Positions 29,030 through 38,759 of a DNA stretch of 64,000 nucleotides are shown here, in pieces. The stretch's first letter is position 1. Each line of letters opens with the position of its first letter. This DNA comes from a virus (taxonomy: Duplodnaviria > Heunggongvirae > Uroviricota > Caudoviricetes): IMG/VR virus record IMGVR_UViG_3300032030_000013. One strand, 5' to 3'. A program made the translations under genes and the position numbers. A model generated the notes under the pieces. It did no database searches, had not been told where the DNA came from, and was given only the letters and a program-made list of their open reading frames with translations.

Positions 29030-29467
29030 ATGAAAGTTCTAAGGTCTAAATATATATTTGATAATGGTGTTAAAGAATATGAACATTATCTTTATGGAAT
29101 AATTGATGATTCTGATCTTTTGACTATAGTTGATGAACGTGGTAAAGATCCTCATCTTGTTTATAATTTTAGAGATAATTATGGAATATGGGGTGCTTTA
29201 GATGAATTAATGAATGGGCGTGGCGAAGAAATATCAAAAGATGAATATGATAAATTAGTTCAAAAATGGATTAATGAATATAATGAAGAACACCCAAGAT
29301 ATTATGATCCAATAAATGATTCATATTTTAGAGTTCATAATAAAGTAAAATTAAAAGAAATTGGTAGATATGATTGTAATGGCGTCATATATAGTTATGA
29401 TGGTGTTCAACAACCACAATATGTTCGGCCTACAGAAGAATTTGAAAAATTATATATAAAGAAATAA
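29030..29467 (+). CDS. Hypothetical protein
   Basis: 145-aa ORF. Confidence 0.6.
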   Translation: MKVLRSKYIFDNGVKEYEHYLYGIIDDSDLLTIVDERGKDPHLVYNFRDNYGIWGALDELMNGRGEEISKDEYDKLVQKWINEYNEEHPRYYDPINDSYFRVHNKVKLKEIGRYDCNGVIYSYDGVQQPQYVRPTEEFEKLYIKK

Positions 29468-29487
29468 ATATATCTATTTTATAATAT

Positions 29488-29670
29488 ATGGAAGACAAAT
29501 ATGATATGATAATTGATAACGGACAAACTATAGATTTAAATTCAGAACAAGGATGGGTATGCCCAAGATGTGGTAATGCTGTTGCTCCATCAGTTTTGGT
29601 TTGTCCAGTATGTGGAGGTAAACGTGCTAATGAAAACTTAGCACCAGGTGAATCTATGATATGCGGATAA
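29488..29670 (+). CDS. Small Zn-ribbon protein
   Basis: GWVCPRCG..AP....CPVCG. Confidence 0.65.
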   Translation: MEDKYDMIIDNGQTIDLNSEQGWVCPRCGNAVAPSVLVCPVCGGKRANENLAPGESMICG

Positions 29671-29673
29671 AAT

Positions 29674-29961
29674 ATGAAAAACTTTATAGAATTTTGCGAA
29701 TTTATACAACCAACGTTATCGGATGATTTTTATAGATATACATTTGTCAATAAAGATCAAATAGAATCTATAATTATAAGATGGGATAATTTGGTTAATA
29801 AATTTGTTGTAGTTATTATTACAAATAGTGGAGTTAAATATAAACCAACAGGTATTAGAGTAGACCCTGAAGGATATATGGATAAAGCACTTAATGATCA
29901 ATGTTATTGGATTAACTATGATGATGCAGAAAAATATATTAGAGACTTAATGAATGGATAA
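29674..29961 (+). CDS. Hypothetical protein
   Basis: 95-aa ORF. Confidence 0.55.
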   Translation: MKNFIEFCEFIQPTLSDDFYRYTFVNKDQIESIIIRWDNLVNKFVVVIITNSGVKYKPTGIRVDPEGYMDKALNDQCYWINYDDAEKYIRDLMNG

Positions 29962-30385
29962 CGAAAAATGGTTTTTAGGAGGAACATGTGCAGAAACTAC
30001 ATGGCGTGATGAATTAATGCCGTTATTGGATGAAGCCAATATAAAATACTTTAATCCTATTGTTAAAGATTGGACACCAGAATGTCAAGCAATTGAAGAA
30101 GATGAAAAGAATAATAAATGTAATGTTCATCTTTATGTAATAACACCAGAAATGCAAGGTGTATATTCAATTGCTGAAATAATCAATTCATGCTGGCAGG
30201 CTGTTGTATATGGAACAACTGTTAATAAAGTTTATTTCTATATATTAGACCCTGATAATAAATTTTCAAAAGGTCAATTGAAATCTTTAAATGCAACAAT
30301 AAGATTATGTAACGATATTGCAGAAAATAAATTTAAAGGAAAGAAAATATCTTCTATGCAAGAATTAATGGAAGATATTCAATAA
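29954..30385 (+). CDS. Nucleoside 2-deoxyribosyltransferase-like protein (Nuc_deoxyri_tr2)
   Basis: FLGGTC..T.WR, YFNP...DW, E, YVITP...G.YSIAE motifs. Confidence 0.75.
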   Translation: MDNEKWFLGGTCAETTWRDELMPLLDEANIKYFNPIVKDWTPECQAIEEDEKNNKCNVHLYVITPEMQGVYSIAEIINSCWQAVVYGTTVNKVYFYILDPDNKFSKGQLKSLNATIRLCNDIAENKFKGKKISSMQELMEDIQ

Positions 30386-30417
30386 AGTTGGTAATTTTTA
30401 TTATCAACTTTTTTATT
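30384..30417 (+). terminator. Rho-independent terminator
   Basis: AAAGTTGGTAA-loop-TTATCAACTTT followed by a T tract. Confidence 0.55.
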
Positions 30418-30481
30418 TTTATAAAAGGTAGATTATGTCTTAATGTAAGATTATAAAAATATATACCTTTAATTTAAAATT

Positions 30482-30631
30482 ATGAAATTAACTTGCAAAA
30501 ACAACTGCAAATACTATATATCAGGCAAGCTCTTTAACAATTGTGCAAAAAATATAGTAGGTACAATTAGAGAAGACAGTACTCCTTGCTACCAAATACA
30601 ATTTAGTTTAAAAGAAAATGAAATCATTTAA
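30482..30631 (+). CDS. Small 4-Cys protein (49 aa)
   Basis: Hand-translated MKLTCKNNCKYYISGKLFNNCAKNIVGTIREDSTPCYQIQFSLKENEII. Confidence 0.4.
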   Translation: MKLTCKNNCKYYISGKLFNNCAKNIVGTIREDSTPCYQIQFSLKENEII

Positions 30632-31124
30632 ACAATACATTCTTGAAGCTGAAGATGATGAATTAGACATGGATATGGATACTAGTGGAGATGAAGATAA
30701 TTCAGAAGACTCAAATAATTTAGAAGATAAAGATGATTCAGAAGATAAAGATGATTCAGAAGATTCAGACAAAAAGAAATCAACACAACGTGGAAATATT
30801 AAATTTGTTATCTGGGAAGAACCTGAAAAGAAGGTATCTTGGTTAAAAGATAACAATAAATATCAAAAGATAGAATATAAACATGAAGATAAGAAAAAGA
30901 ATATATTCATTGATTTCTTATTAGGTTTTGATAAAGAACAAAATACATGGAAATTATGGGTAGGTAAAATTGGTGCAGTAAACTATGATGATGATCCATA
31001 TTGTGATTTTGAAACTGAATCATTTGCTACTGCTATTGTTAAAGCATTAGATAAAGTAGAAGAATTTATTAAGAATGTAGAAGATGAACCTGAAAATTGG
31101 ATTCAATATTACAAAGATATATAA
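30618..31124 (+). CDS. Acidic protein with CTS-like leader (putative virion protein)
   Basis: MKSFKQYILE followed by a D/E/S-rich tract and a globular domain. Confidence 0.65.
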   Translation: MKSFKQYILEAEDDELDMDMDTSGDEDNSEDSNNLEDKDDSEDKDDSEDSDKKKSTQRGNIKFVIWEEPEKKVSWLKDNNKYQKIEYKHEDKKKNIFIDFLLGFDKEQNTWKLWVGKIGAVNYDDDPYCDFETESFATAIVKALDKVEEFIKNVEDEPENWIQYYKDI

Positions 31125-31145
31125 AATTTAAATAATATAAATAAA

Positions 31146-32408
31146 ATGAAAAAATTAGGTAGTTTTTTAACTGAATATGTTTCTTCAAAAAATAATGTAA
31201 ATGAAGAAAAAACTCCAGATATTAAGCAAATACAAGGTAAAGAACCAGATACTTATGGAGACTGTGATGTAGACTGGGCCATTGATGAACCTGTAGATAA
31301 TGAAGCTTCTGAAGGTGTTGATAAGAAAGAACTTAGTAAGAATATGAAACGTCTTCTTATGAAGTTTAAAGCTAAGGAAGATTTCTTTATTCTTGGTGAA
31401 GCAGGATGGGGTAAGACAACAATTATTAAGCAGACTGCTAAAAAGTTCAAGAGATCTATTGTAACAGTTTATTTGGATAAAGCTGAAAAGGAAGACTTAG
31501 GTGGTATTCCTGTTCCAGTTAAAGGTAAAGATGGTTCTGCTGTACAGGATAAAGCTATGCCAACATGGGCAAAGGTTATGATGGAAAATCCTGACAAGCA
31601 ATTCTTATTGTTCTTTGATGAAATGAATCAAGCAGATCCAGGTATTCAAAATGCTCTTATGCCTATTGTACTTGAACATGTAATATGTGGACATAAGTTT
31701 AAGAATTTTATTGTAGGTGCTGCTGGTAACTACGAATCTGAAAATGATGCAGTAAGTGAAATGTCAGTTCCTCTTAAGTCACGTTTCAAACCAATTATTG
31801 TTTGGGAAACTGGAGGTGATTCATGGAGAGATGCATTCAAATATTTACATAAGAATTGGGATGAAAAGTTAAGTAAAGATTTAGTAGATAAATTTGAAGA
31901 AAATGCAGAATTATTTAATAACCCTCGTGAATTAGAACATAAAGTACTTAAATTCTTATATGAACTTAAACAAGATGGTGATTATGATGAATTTGATGCA
32001 GAAGACTATTTAGACCGTCTTGAAGGATTGGTTAAAGAAGATTTAACTAGAACTCAAGAAAAGAATGTTAAGGAACTTGCTGATGATATATTTGGATTTA
32101 TGAATAATAAAGGAGATAAAGAAGAAAAGAAATCAGTTGGAAGAAGTTCACGTAAAGATATGAATATGGTTGATGAAAATATTAAGACTGCTATTAAACA
32201 AGGTATGAAATTTGGATATATTGAACAGGAAGGCGTTAAGTATGGTATATCTGAAGAAAATATTTCAGCAATTGTAGATCAAGATGAATGTAATGGGGAA
32301 ATGCTTAACAGAATCATTAGTAAATTTAAGAATGATGGTATAGAATTTAAGTTTAAGAAAAACGAAGAATGGAAAAAGAAAGGATATAAAGATCCTGAAG
32401 AAGACTAA
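31146..32408 (+). CDS. MoxR-like AAA+ ATPase with CTS-like leader
   Basis: GEAGWGKT, EDLGGIP, LFFDEMNQA, AAGN, and PLKSRF motifs; starts MKKLGSFLTE. Confidence 0.8.
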   Translation: MKKLGSFLTEYVSSKNNVNEEKTPDIKQIQGKEPDTYGDCDVDWAIDEPVDNEASEGVDKKELSKNMKRLLMKFKAKEDFFILGEAGWGKTTIIKQTAKKFKRSIVTVYLDKAEKEDLGGIPVPVKGKDGSAVQDKAMPTWAKVMMENPDKQFLLFFDEMNQADPGIQNALMPIVLEHVICGHKFKNFIVGAAGNYESENDAVSEMSVPLKSRFKPIIVWETGGDSWRDAFKYLHKNWDEKLSKDLVDKFEENAELFNNPRELEHKVLKFLYELKQDGDYDEFDAEDYLDRLEGLVKEDLTRTQEKNVKELADDIFGFMNNKGDKEEKKSVGRSSRKDMNMVDENIKTAIKQGMKFGYIEQEGVKYGISEENISAIVDQDECNGEMLNRIISKFKNDGIEFKFKKNEEWKKKGYKDPEED

Positions 32409-32493
32409 GTTATGAATAATATATAAAAGGAAAATTAGAAGCCAAAGATCCATCTGAATGGAAAGAAAAAACTAAAAAATAACTTAAATTGTT

Positions 32494-32805
32494 ATGTTTA
32501 AGAAGATATCAAATAAGAATGATAATACGATGTATTTTAATTCTGATGAAGAATTTTATCAGTTTTGTGTATATCCTCAATTAGTTCCAGTTGAATATAT
32601 TGATTCAACTGGTAAGACATCATATTATACAGATTTTAATTTTACTAATGCATATAATGATGCTGTTAAGAAAGGAATGAATTTTGTTATAAAAGATGAG
32701 AATTCTCAGATATATAAGCATGGAGCAGTATCATATAGAACTATTACAAAACCAATAAAAAATTTAAAATCATATTACGGAGAATTCAAACATCATGGAA
32801 ATTAA
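32494..32805 (+). CDS. Hypothetical protein
   Basis: 103-aa ORF between the AAA and VWA genes. Confidence 0.6.
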   Translation: MFKKISNKNDNTMYFNSDEEFYQFCVYPQLVPVEYIDSTGKTSYYTDFNFTNAYNDAVKKGMNFVIKDENSQIYKHGAVSYRTITKPIKNLKSYYGEFKHHGN

Positions 32806-34621
32806 AAGTTCATTAATAAATAGTGACGAATTTGAATTCGTTAAAAATAGTCTTATTAAAGCATCTGAAAAGGATAATGAAACAGAATTCAGAGTTAAGG
32901 CATTGGAATATATCAATGATACTTCTGATGAAAAGGATGATAAGTTCTTTTACGATATGCTTGAATTTGTAAGATTCTTAGATCCTGATGATGATGCTAC
33001 TGCATATACAACTCCAGAACATTTAATATATTTGAATTGTCCAAGTGGTGGTGGCAACCCAATTGGTAAAAGTGTTCGTAAATGGGATTTTATATTTGAC
33101 CATGAATGCTTACACCAACTTTGGGATACTTTTGGTGTTGCAGAAAAAATTAAAGAGGAACTTGGCGAAGAAAAGTATAATCATAAATTATTGAACTGGG
33201 CGTCTGACTGTGTCATTAATGATTATCTTTATTATTATCGTAAGAAAGAAAGACCTGAAAATTTAATAACACCAGAATATATAAAAGAAAAATTTAAAGT
33301 AGAATATGATCGTAAAGTAGATACGCAATACACTTTATATCTTAAATTACTTCCCGAGCTTGAAAAGATTCAAAAGGATAAAAAATATCAGGATGAACCC
33401 GATGAAGGACAAAGCCAAGGGCAAAGTTCAGGACAAGGTTCAGATAGTAAATCAAGTAAAGGAAATAGTTCTGGTAATCAGCAAAAAAAGGAAAATAAAA
33501 CAGCCGATGATGCTCAAAAATCTGCTGATGAAGCAAAGAAAGCTGCTAAGGAAGCTCAAGATGCTGCTGATAAAGCTATAAAAGCAGGTGATAAAGATGC
33601 AGATAAAAAACAAAAGGCAGCTGATGAAGCAAAGAAAGCTGCTAAGGAAGCTCAAGATGCTGCTGATAAAGCTAAAGAAGCAAAAGATAAAGGAGATAAA
33701 GAAGGTGAAGAAAAAGCTGCTAAGGAAGCTCAAGATGCTGCTGATAAAGCTAAGAATGCAGCAAATGAAGCAAATGGAGAAAAGAATTCTGGAGAAGGCA
33801 AAGGTCAAGGTGACGGTACTGCAGATCACGAAGAAACTGAAGCTGATTTAAAAGATATTAAAGAACGTGCTCAAGAGATAATTGAAAATTATAAAAATAA
33901 ATTATCTGGAGATTTTGGAACATTCATTAGTAAATGTAAGAAATCTGTAGAACTTAAAAAGTCTGGTTTATCTACTGGAGTTAATAATGGTATGTCAGGT
34001 TGGAATCAACAATTAAATGCATCTTGTAATGCGTTTGTTAAAAAGAAAGTATTCCAAAAGAAACGTGAATATAAATCTACATATTCAAGAACTAAACGTG
34101 GCTCAGGATTTGTTGAATATGGTAAGCCAATTAAACCAGGTAGAAAAATAAGAGAAAATAAATTAACAATTAATGTTGCATTCTATATTGATATATCTGG
34201 TTCTATGGGTAGTTGTATTAAAGATGTTTGGAAAGCTTCATATGCTATTGCTGAAGGATTAAAGAAAAAATTCAAATCAGAATCTGTTGTTGATGAAGTA
34301 ACATTTAAGATGCATGCTTTCGATACTCAAATGTTTGAAGTACCTTATGGTAAAGAAAAGAATGCAGGTGGTGGAACAATGAATTTTGAAAAAATTCTTG
34401 AATACATTAAAGATAATACTTATAATTATTTAATCAATATTATAATTACTGATGCAGGATTTAGTATTGATAAACAACAAACTGCAAAATTCATTAAGAA
34501 CATAAATGGTATGATAGAATTTGTTACAAATGAAGATTCTGCAGAGATGAAAAATTTAGCAAAGCAATATCCAACACAATTAAATTATATATTAGCGGAT
34601 TCTAAATTTAATATTAAATAA
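32795..34621 (+). CDS. Metallopeptidase-like/VWA domain protein (DUF2201-like)
   Basis: TAYT, FDHECLH, N.ASD..IN; Ala/Lys linker; C-terminal MIDAS YIDISGS..IITD. Confidence 0.8.
   Translation: MEIKSSLINSDEFEFVKNSLIKASEKDNETEFRVKALEYINDTSDEKDDKFFYDMLEFVRFLDPDDDATAYTTPEHLIYLNCPSGGGNPIGKSVRKWDFIFDHECLHQLWDTFGVAEKIKEELGEEKYNHKLLNWASDCVINDYLYYYRKKERPENLITPEYIKEKFKVEYDRKVDTQYTLYLKLLPELEKIQKDKKYQDEPDEGQSQGQSSGQGSDSKSSKGNSSGNQQKKENKTADDAQKSADEAKKAAKEAQDAADKAIKAGDKDADKKQKAADEAKKAAKEAQDAADKAKEAKDKGDKEGEEKAAKEAQDAADKAKNAANEANGEKNSGEGKGQGDGTADHEETEADLKDIKERAQEIIENYKNKLSGDFGTFISKCKKSVELKKSGLSTGVNNGMSGWNQQLNASCNAFVKKKVFQKKREYKSTYSRTKRGSGFVEYGKPIKPGRKIRENKLTINVAFYIDISGSMGSCIKDVWKASYAIAEGLKKKFKSESVVDEVTFKMHAFDTQMFEVPYGKEKNAGGGTMNFEKILEYIKDNTYNYLINIIITDAGFSIDKQQTAKFIKNINGMIEFVTNEDSAEMKNLAKQYPTQLNYILADSKFNIK
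33524..33763 (+). repeat. Intragenic repeat encoding ADEAKKAAKEAQDAADKA
   Basis: Near-identical ~55-nt copies at 33524 and 33620 (96 nt apart), with a partial third copy near 33712. Confidence 0.85.
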
Positions 34622-34623
34622 AC

Positions 34624-34653
34624 AAATGGGTAGATAATATTATCTACCCATTT
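34624..34653. terminator. Bidirectional terminator, perfect 30-bp palindrome
   Basis: AAATGGGTAGATAATATTATCTACCCATTT at a convergent junction. Confidence 0.7.
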
Positions 34654-34783
34654 TATTAATTTTCATAATCAATTATATTTCCAAAATTCAATTTTGTTAA
34701 TTTATCATAAAGATTTTTTATTGATAAACTAACCAATAAACCTGCAGCCAAACCACTACATACAAATATTATATTTTTGTAAT

Positions 34784-35362
34784 TCATATTAATCCGTGTG
34801 ATTTAATTATGTTATATATTTCTTTAATTACTTTAGCATCATATAATGAATTATGTTTATATCCTTCTATTTTGATATCGCAATTATCTAATATCTGTTC
34901 TCTTGAATAATCAAATGCTTCTATTTCAGTTAATTCATAATATCTTGCAATATCTTGATTAATGTCGTGGCATGCTGGATTAATGCATCGTGGTAAATCC
35001 CAAGCAGTTCCAAAAATATCAATAAATAATACCATATCATAATGACATACATCTGAAACTAATTCTACTTTATCATAAGGAAGCAACCATTCTTCCAATT
35101 GATCTTTTATATATTTTTTAGTTCCTTTTGATAATGTTTGATCTCCAAATATTGATGTTGTATTTGATTCACCTTTAATATAAAAATTATTAGACATTAG
35201 ATTATTGATTACATTTTTCTGAATCCAATCATCAACTTGTGATTTATCATAATCAGTAAATTCTGCATAAAATGAACGATTATTTTCATCAACTAAACCA
35301 ATTGATATCAATGTTGTATTTTTATGCAATCCAGTAAATTCTGTATCAAAAAATATTTTCAT
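34784..35362 (-). CDS. DEDDh 3'-5' exonuclease (Rv2179c/DUF5051-like)
   Basis: FFDTEFTG, LISIG, YD, and HNSLYDA motifs. Confidence 0.85.
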   Translation of the reverse strand: MKIFFDTEFTGLHKNTTLISIGLVDENNRSFYAEFTDYDKSQVDDWIQKNVINNLMSNNFYIKGESNTTSIFGDQTLSKGTKKYIKDQLEEWLLPYDKVELVSDVCHYDMVLFIDIFGTAWDLPRCINPACHDINQDIARYYELTEIEAFDYSREQILDNCDIKIEGYKHNSLYDAKVIKEIYNIIKSHGLI

Positions 35363-35634
35363 AATTCAATATGTACTATTGGATTAATAATATCCAATTT
35401 GGTATTATCTAAAAGATCTTTCTTTGTATATGGAACACCTGCAACAGTATTAAGATATGTATCAATTATATCTTCATGAATACGTCTTGTACTGTCAGAT
35501 TCACCAGATTTATAATAACGATCATAAAATGCTTTTGCATCATAAACAGCATTCCAATATATACCATTAAGTGTATCTGAACTTAATATAACAATCGTTT
35601 GGTTATTTGTCTTATAATTAATTTTTAATATCAT
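35359..35634 (-). CDS. Hypothetical protein
   Basis: 91-aa ORF. Confidence 0.5.
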   Translation of the reverse strand: MILKINYKTNNQTIVILSSDTLNGIYWNAVYDAKAFYDRYYKSGESDSTRRIHEDIIDTYLNTVAGVPYTKKDLLDNTKLDIINPIVHIEL

Positions 35635-35670
35635 TTTCTTTCTTTTAAATGTATTTCAACTCTATTATAC

Positions 35671-35895
35671 TTATAATATTATATAGCTATTTGCATTTTT
35701 TTGTAATAAATTTTTAATCTTACTATATTCGTCATAAGATATTTTATAAGATTCACCAGCTACATCTAAAACATAATCTGTATAACTATGTCCCCCAAAT
35801 ATATTCATATCAATAATATCTTCAAGACATATTACATTACCATTCCTTAATTCAACATAATTAAGTTCATTTATTGATTTATTTCTCATTCCCAA
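35671..35895 (-). CDS. Hypothetical protein
   Basis: 74-aa ORF. Confidence 0.5.
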   Translation of the reverse strand: MGMRNKSINELNYVELRNGNVICLEDIIDMNIFGGHSYTDYVLDVAGESYKISYDEYSKIKNLLQKNANSYIIL

Positions 35896-36182
35896 ACCTC
35901 TTTAATTTTCTTTTCTAAAAATCCTTTGCCATTACATTTTGGACATGTTGGATATATTGTTGTTCTTTCTGGAGCACCAGTATGATAATTATCGTATTCC
36001 TCTATTACAGCAATTTTTCCTTCACCATGGCATTCAGGACATATTATACATTTGCCATCAAGTATCATTTCATAATGTTTACATTCATCTTCAGAATTAA
36101 ATTCTTTACCATCTTTAGCTATATAAACATTATATTTTTGTTCGATTATTTTTGTTCTTGTTTCAGTCTTCATAATTAACAA
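35886..36182 (-). CDS. DnaJ-type Zn-finger protein
   Basis: Y.A.DG.EF....C..YE plus CPECHGEG and CPKCNGKG. Confidence 0.65.
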   Translation of the reverse strand: MLIMKTETRTKIIEQKYNVYIAKDGKEFNSEDECKHYEMILDGKCIICPECHGEGKIAVIEEYDNYHTGAPERTTIYPTCPKCNGKGFLEKKIKEVWE

Positions 36183-36382
36183 CTAGGTGAATTTATATCA
36201 TAACTAAATTTTGTATACATATAAAAATTTTTCTTTGTAAACCAAGAGAAGTTATAATTACGTTTCATTAAACCAAAATTATAACAAGTACCTTCACCAT
36301 TTTTATTCAATGGTGACATCAACTGAAAATATAAATGTCTATTATTTGGAAAATTCAATTTCCATCCTTTGAATAATTTCAT
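36176..36382 (-). CDS. Hypothetical protein
   Basis: 68-aa ORF. Confidence 0.45.
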   Translation of the reverse strand: MKLFKGWKLNFPNNRHLYFQLMSPLNKNGEGTCYNFGLMKRNYNFSWFTKKNFYMYTKFSYDINSPSC

Positions 36383-36386
36383 ATTA

Positions 36387-36695
36387 TCAATGTCGTAAAT
36401 CTTTTTCTAATTCAGCTTCTTCAAAAACATATTTATAAAACCATTTTCCAAAATTATATTCAAATTCATTATCATTATCTACTTCAATAGAATAATCTTC
36501 ATTATCTTTTAATTCTGGATGCTTATATAAATATTCAGTTAAATTCTTTTTATCTAAATTAATGAACTCTCTAAAATGCCCATAAGCATCATCATGATCT
36601 AATGAATAATATATAGGATAAGGAGAATCATATCCTAAATCATCAAATTCGTTTGCACAATATTTTACAACGTATAGTTTCATAATATTAATCAT
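36387..36695 (-). CDS. Hypothetical protein
   Basis: 102-aa ORF. Confidence 0.55.
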   Translation of the reverse strand: MINIMKLYVVKYCANEFDDLGYDSPYPIYYSLDHDDAYGHFREFINLDKKNLTEYLYKHPELKDNEDYSIEVDNDNEFEYNFGKWFYKYVFEEAELEKDLRH

Positions 36696-37068
36696 CTAGT
36701 TTAGACCAAAGTTCTGCTCTCCATATTTCATTCTGATATTGATTCCTTTTAGTAAACATTTCAATTAATGCTTCCTTATTTGTCCAAATCTTATGAAGTG
36801 AATAAAAACCATATTTCTTAGCACATTTATTATTTATAAAATAGTTTCGTGCATGTGAAAGTTTCCAGTTTATTTTATCAAAATCAGCAGCATTTTCCGG
36901 TGTTTTAATAAAATTCCTTTTCTCAATTATATCTCCATTTTCATCGATAATATAACCTACTAATATAGGATCATTATAATCTATAACGGGATCATTGTCC
37001 CACCATATTTCTAATATGACTCCTTTGTAATAATTTGGTTCTGGAGAATACTCTATAAGTTTAATCAT
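36688..37068 (-). CDS. Hypothetical protein
   Basis: 126-aa ORF. Confidence 0.55.
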   Translation of the reverse strand: MIKLIEYSPEPNYYKGVILEIWWDNDPVIDYNDPILVGYIIDENGDIIEKRNFIKTPENAADFDKINWKLSHARNYFINNKCAKKYGFYSLHKIWTNKEALIEMFTKRNQYQNEIWRAELWSKLDD

Positions 37069-37271
37069 TTAAATAATTCTTCAAATTTATCAATTACATC
37101 TTCCCAAACACTTACTGCATCAGGTTCATCATGTATTTGAGATGCCTTATATCTTTCAACTATCCACCTTTTAAATTTATCAAGATTCATTATATTCAAA
37201 TTATGATTAACAATTAAACGATGAATCTTTTCAGGAGATAAATCCGTTTCAGGTCTCCAATCTTCAATCAT
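37065..37271 (-). CDS. Hypothetical protein
   Basis: 68-aa ORF. Confidence 0.5.
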   Translation of the reverse strand: MIEDWRPETDLSPEKIHRLIVNHNLNIMNLDKFKRWIVERYKASQIHDEPDAVSVWEDVIDKFEELFK

Positions 37272-37858
37272 AATAATTTAGATTTATTCAAAATATTATA
37301 AATATCTCTTATTACTTGTATATTTTCAGTTTTATCTAAAATTTTATTTAAGCAACTTATAATAGAATCTATTTTATCATTATATTCTTGAACTAATTCT
37401 GGAGAATTAATATATTTCTTCCATGCCTTTTTATTTTTATCTTGCATAAATTTTAAAAAATCATCAAGACATTGTTTTGCTTCTTCGTAATTATCGAATG
37501 TTAAAGCAGTTAATTTATTTCGAGAAGTAATAGGAAGACCTAAAAATTCATGAAAATCACCCCATACATATCTTGGAAAATAAGAATCAGGACCACATAC
37601 ACTAATTCTTTTATCATTTTTATCTACTTCATAACCGGAAAAACATATTCCATATAATGATGACTTATGAAAAAATCCTTTGCAAATACGATATTTTGAA
37701 GATCTTGTACTATGTGGACCATATATTACATAGCATTCTTTATTTAAAAAATCAATAGTATCTTTATCAGTATTCTCATAAGTATATGGAGATTCCAATC
37801 CTATTTCTTTCCAATCGGCATGAAATTTACAATCTGTTGGATAAATCAATTTTCTCAT
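37268..37858 (-). CDS. Hypothetical protein (paralogue of 38756..39355)
   Basis: Shared YFPRY.WGD.HEF.G.P...NKL..L.FDN..EA. Confidence 0.65.
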   Translation of the reverse strand: MRKLIYPTDCKFHADWKEIGLESPYTYENTDKDTIDFLNKECYVIYGPHSTRSSKYRICKGFFHKSSLYGICFSGYEVDKNDKRISVCGPDSYFPRYVWGDFHEFLGLPITSRNKLTALTFDNYEEAKQCLDDFLKFMQDKNKKAWKKYINSPELVQEYNDKIDSIISCLNKILDKTENIQVIRDIYNILNKSKLL

Positions 37859-38135
37859 AATTAATTCTTAAATGATATTATTAATAACGATAAACCCATG
37901 CATACTAATGCAAATCCAAAACAATAAGCTAAAAATTCTCCTGGTCCCATAATAATTTTAGAATTATATTATTTCATTTTCTATTAAACATGATAATGCC
38001 ATTTCTGTTACTATACTATTATTTAACCTAAGTCTACATACTTCTTCCCAAATATCTAACATATCCCATTCTTCAGAAGGAGTATCACTTTCATATCTTT
38101 CAAAAAACCAATCTTTAATATCTTCTTCTGTCATA

Positions 38136-38759
38136 TTATAAAGTATTACGACACATTCCTAAACTCATCATTTGATTATTGATAATTTTATCAACTTCTT
38201 TCCATGACACTGGAGTAAAGTCATTATTATCAACGCCTACATCATATTGAGATGTAAACAAATATTTCATACGTGCTTGGTCAAGTCCTTCATCAGTATA
38301 AGGTGAAGTATGTACATGTCCAAATAGTTGATATGTAGCATCTTCACCACGCCATGCTCCTGAAAAGGCAAGCATTGGATAATGGTTCAAAATAATATGA
38401 CGCTTGCCAATTTTCATATTGATTTGTTGTGTCATCAATTCAAAACGCCATTTGTGTTGATTAACAATTCGTCTCCAGTCATGATTACCAATTACCAAAT
38501 AAATTGTACCATTAAGACGTTTAAGAATATCATCAACATAGTTAAGATCACCAAATGCAACATCTCCAAGATGAAAAACAATACCATCCTTAGGAACTTT
38601 TTCATTCCAACGACGAATTAATTCTTCATCATTCTCTTCTACAGTCTTAAATGGACGCTTACAATATTTGATGATGTTTTCATGACAAAAATGTGTGTCA
38701 CTTGTAAAAAACATTTTTTCAGCGTCCTTCTCAGTATAAATAAATTGTTTGTTTTTCAT
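38136..38759 (-). CDS. Calcineurin-like metallophosphoesterase
   Basis: SDTHF.H, HLGD, GNHD, HYP, and GHVH motifs. Confidence 0.88.
   Translation of the reverse strand: MKNKQFIYTEKDAEKMFFTSDTHFCHENIIKYCKRPFKTVEENDEELIRRWNEKVPKDGIVFHLGDVAFGDLNYVDDILKRLNGTIYLVIGNHDWRRIVNQHKWRFELMTQQINMKIGKRHIILNHYPMLAFSGAWRGEDATYQLFGHVHTSPYTDEGLDQARMKYLFTSQYDVGVDNNDFTPVSWKEVDKIINNQMMSLGMCRNTL

Noticed and set aside
29674-29961. MKNFIEFCEF as another CTS-like leader
   Set aside because: Glu is at position 9 rather than 10 and the KLIIN motif is absent; too weak to count.
33342-33851. Overlapping track ORFs (33342, 33360, 33452, 33588)
   Set aside because: Off-frame or antisense shadows of the low-complexity Ala/Lys repeat.
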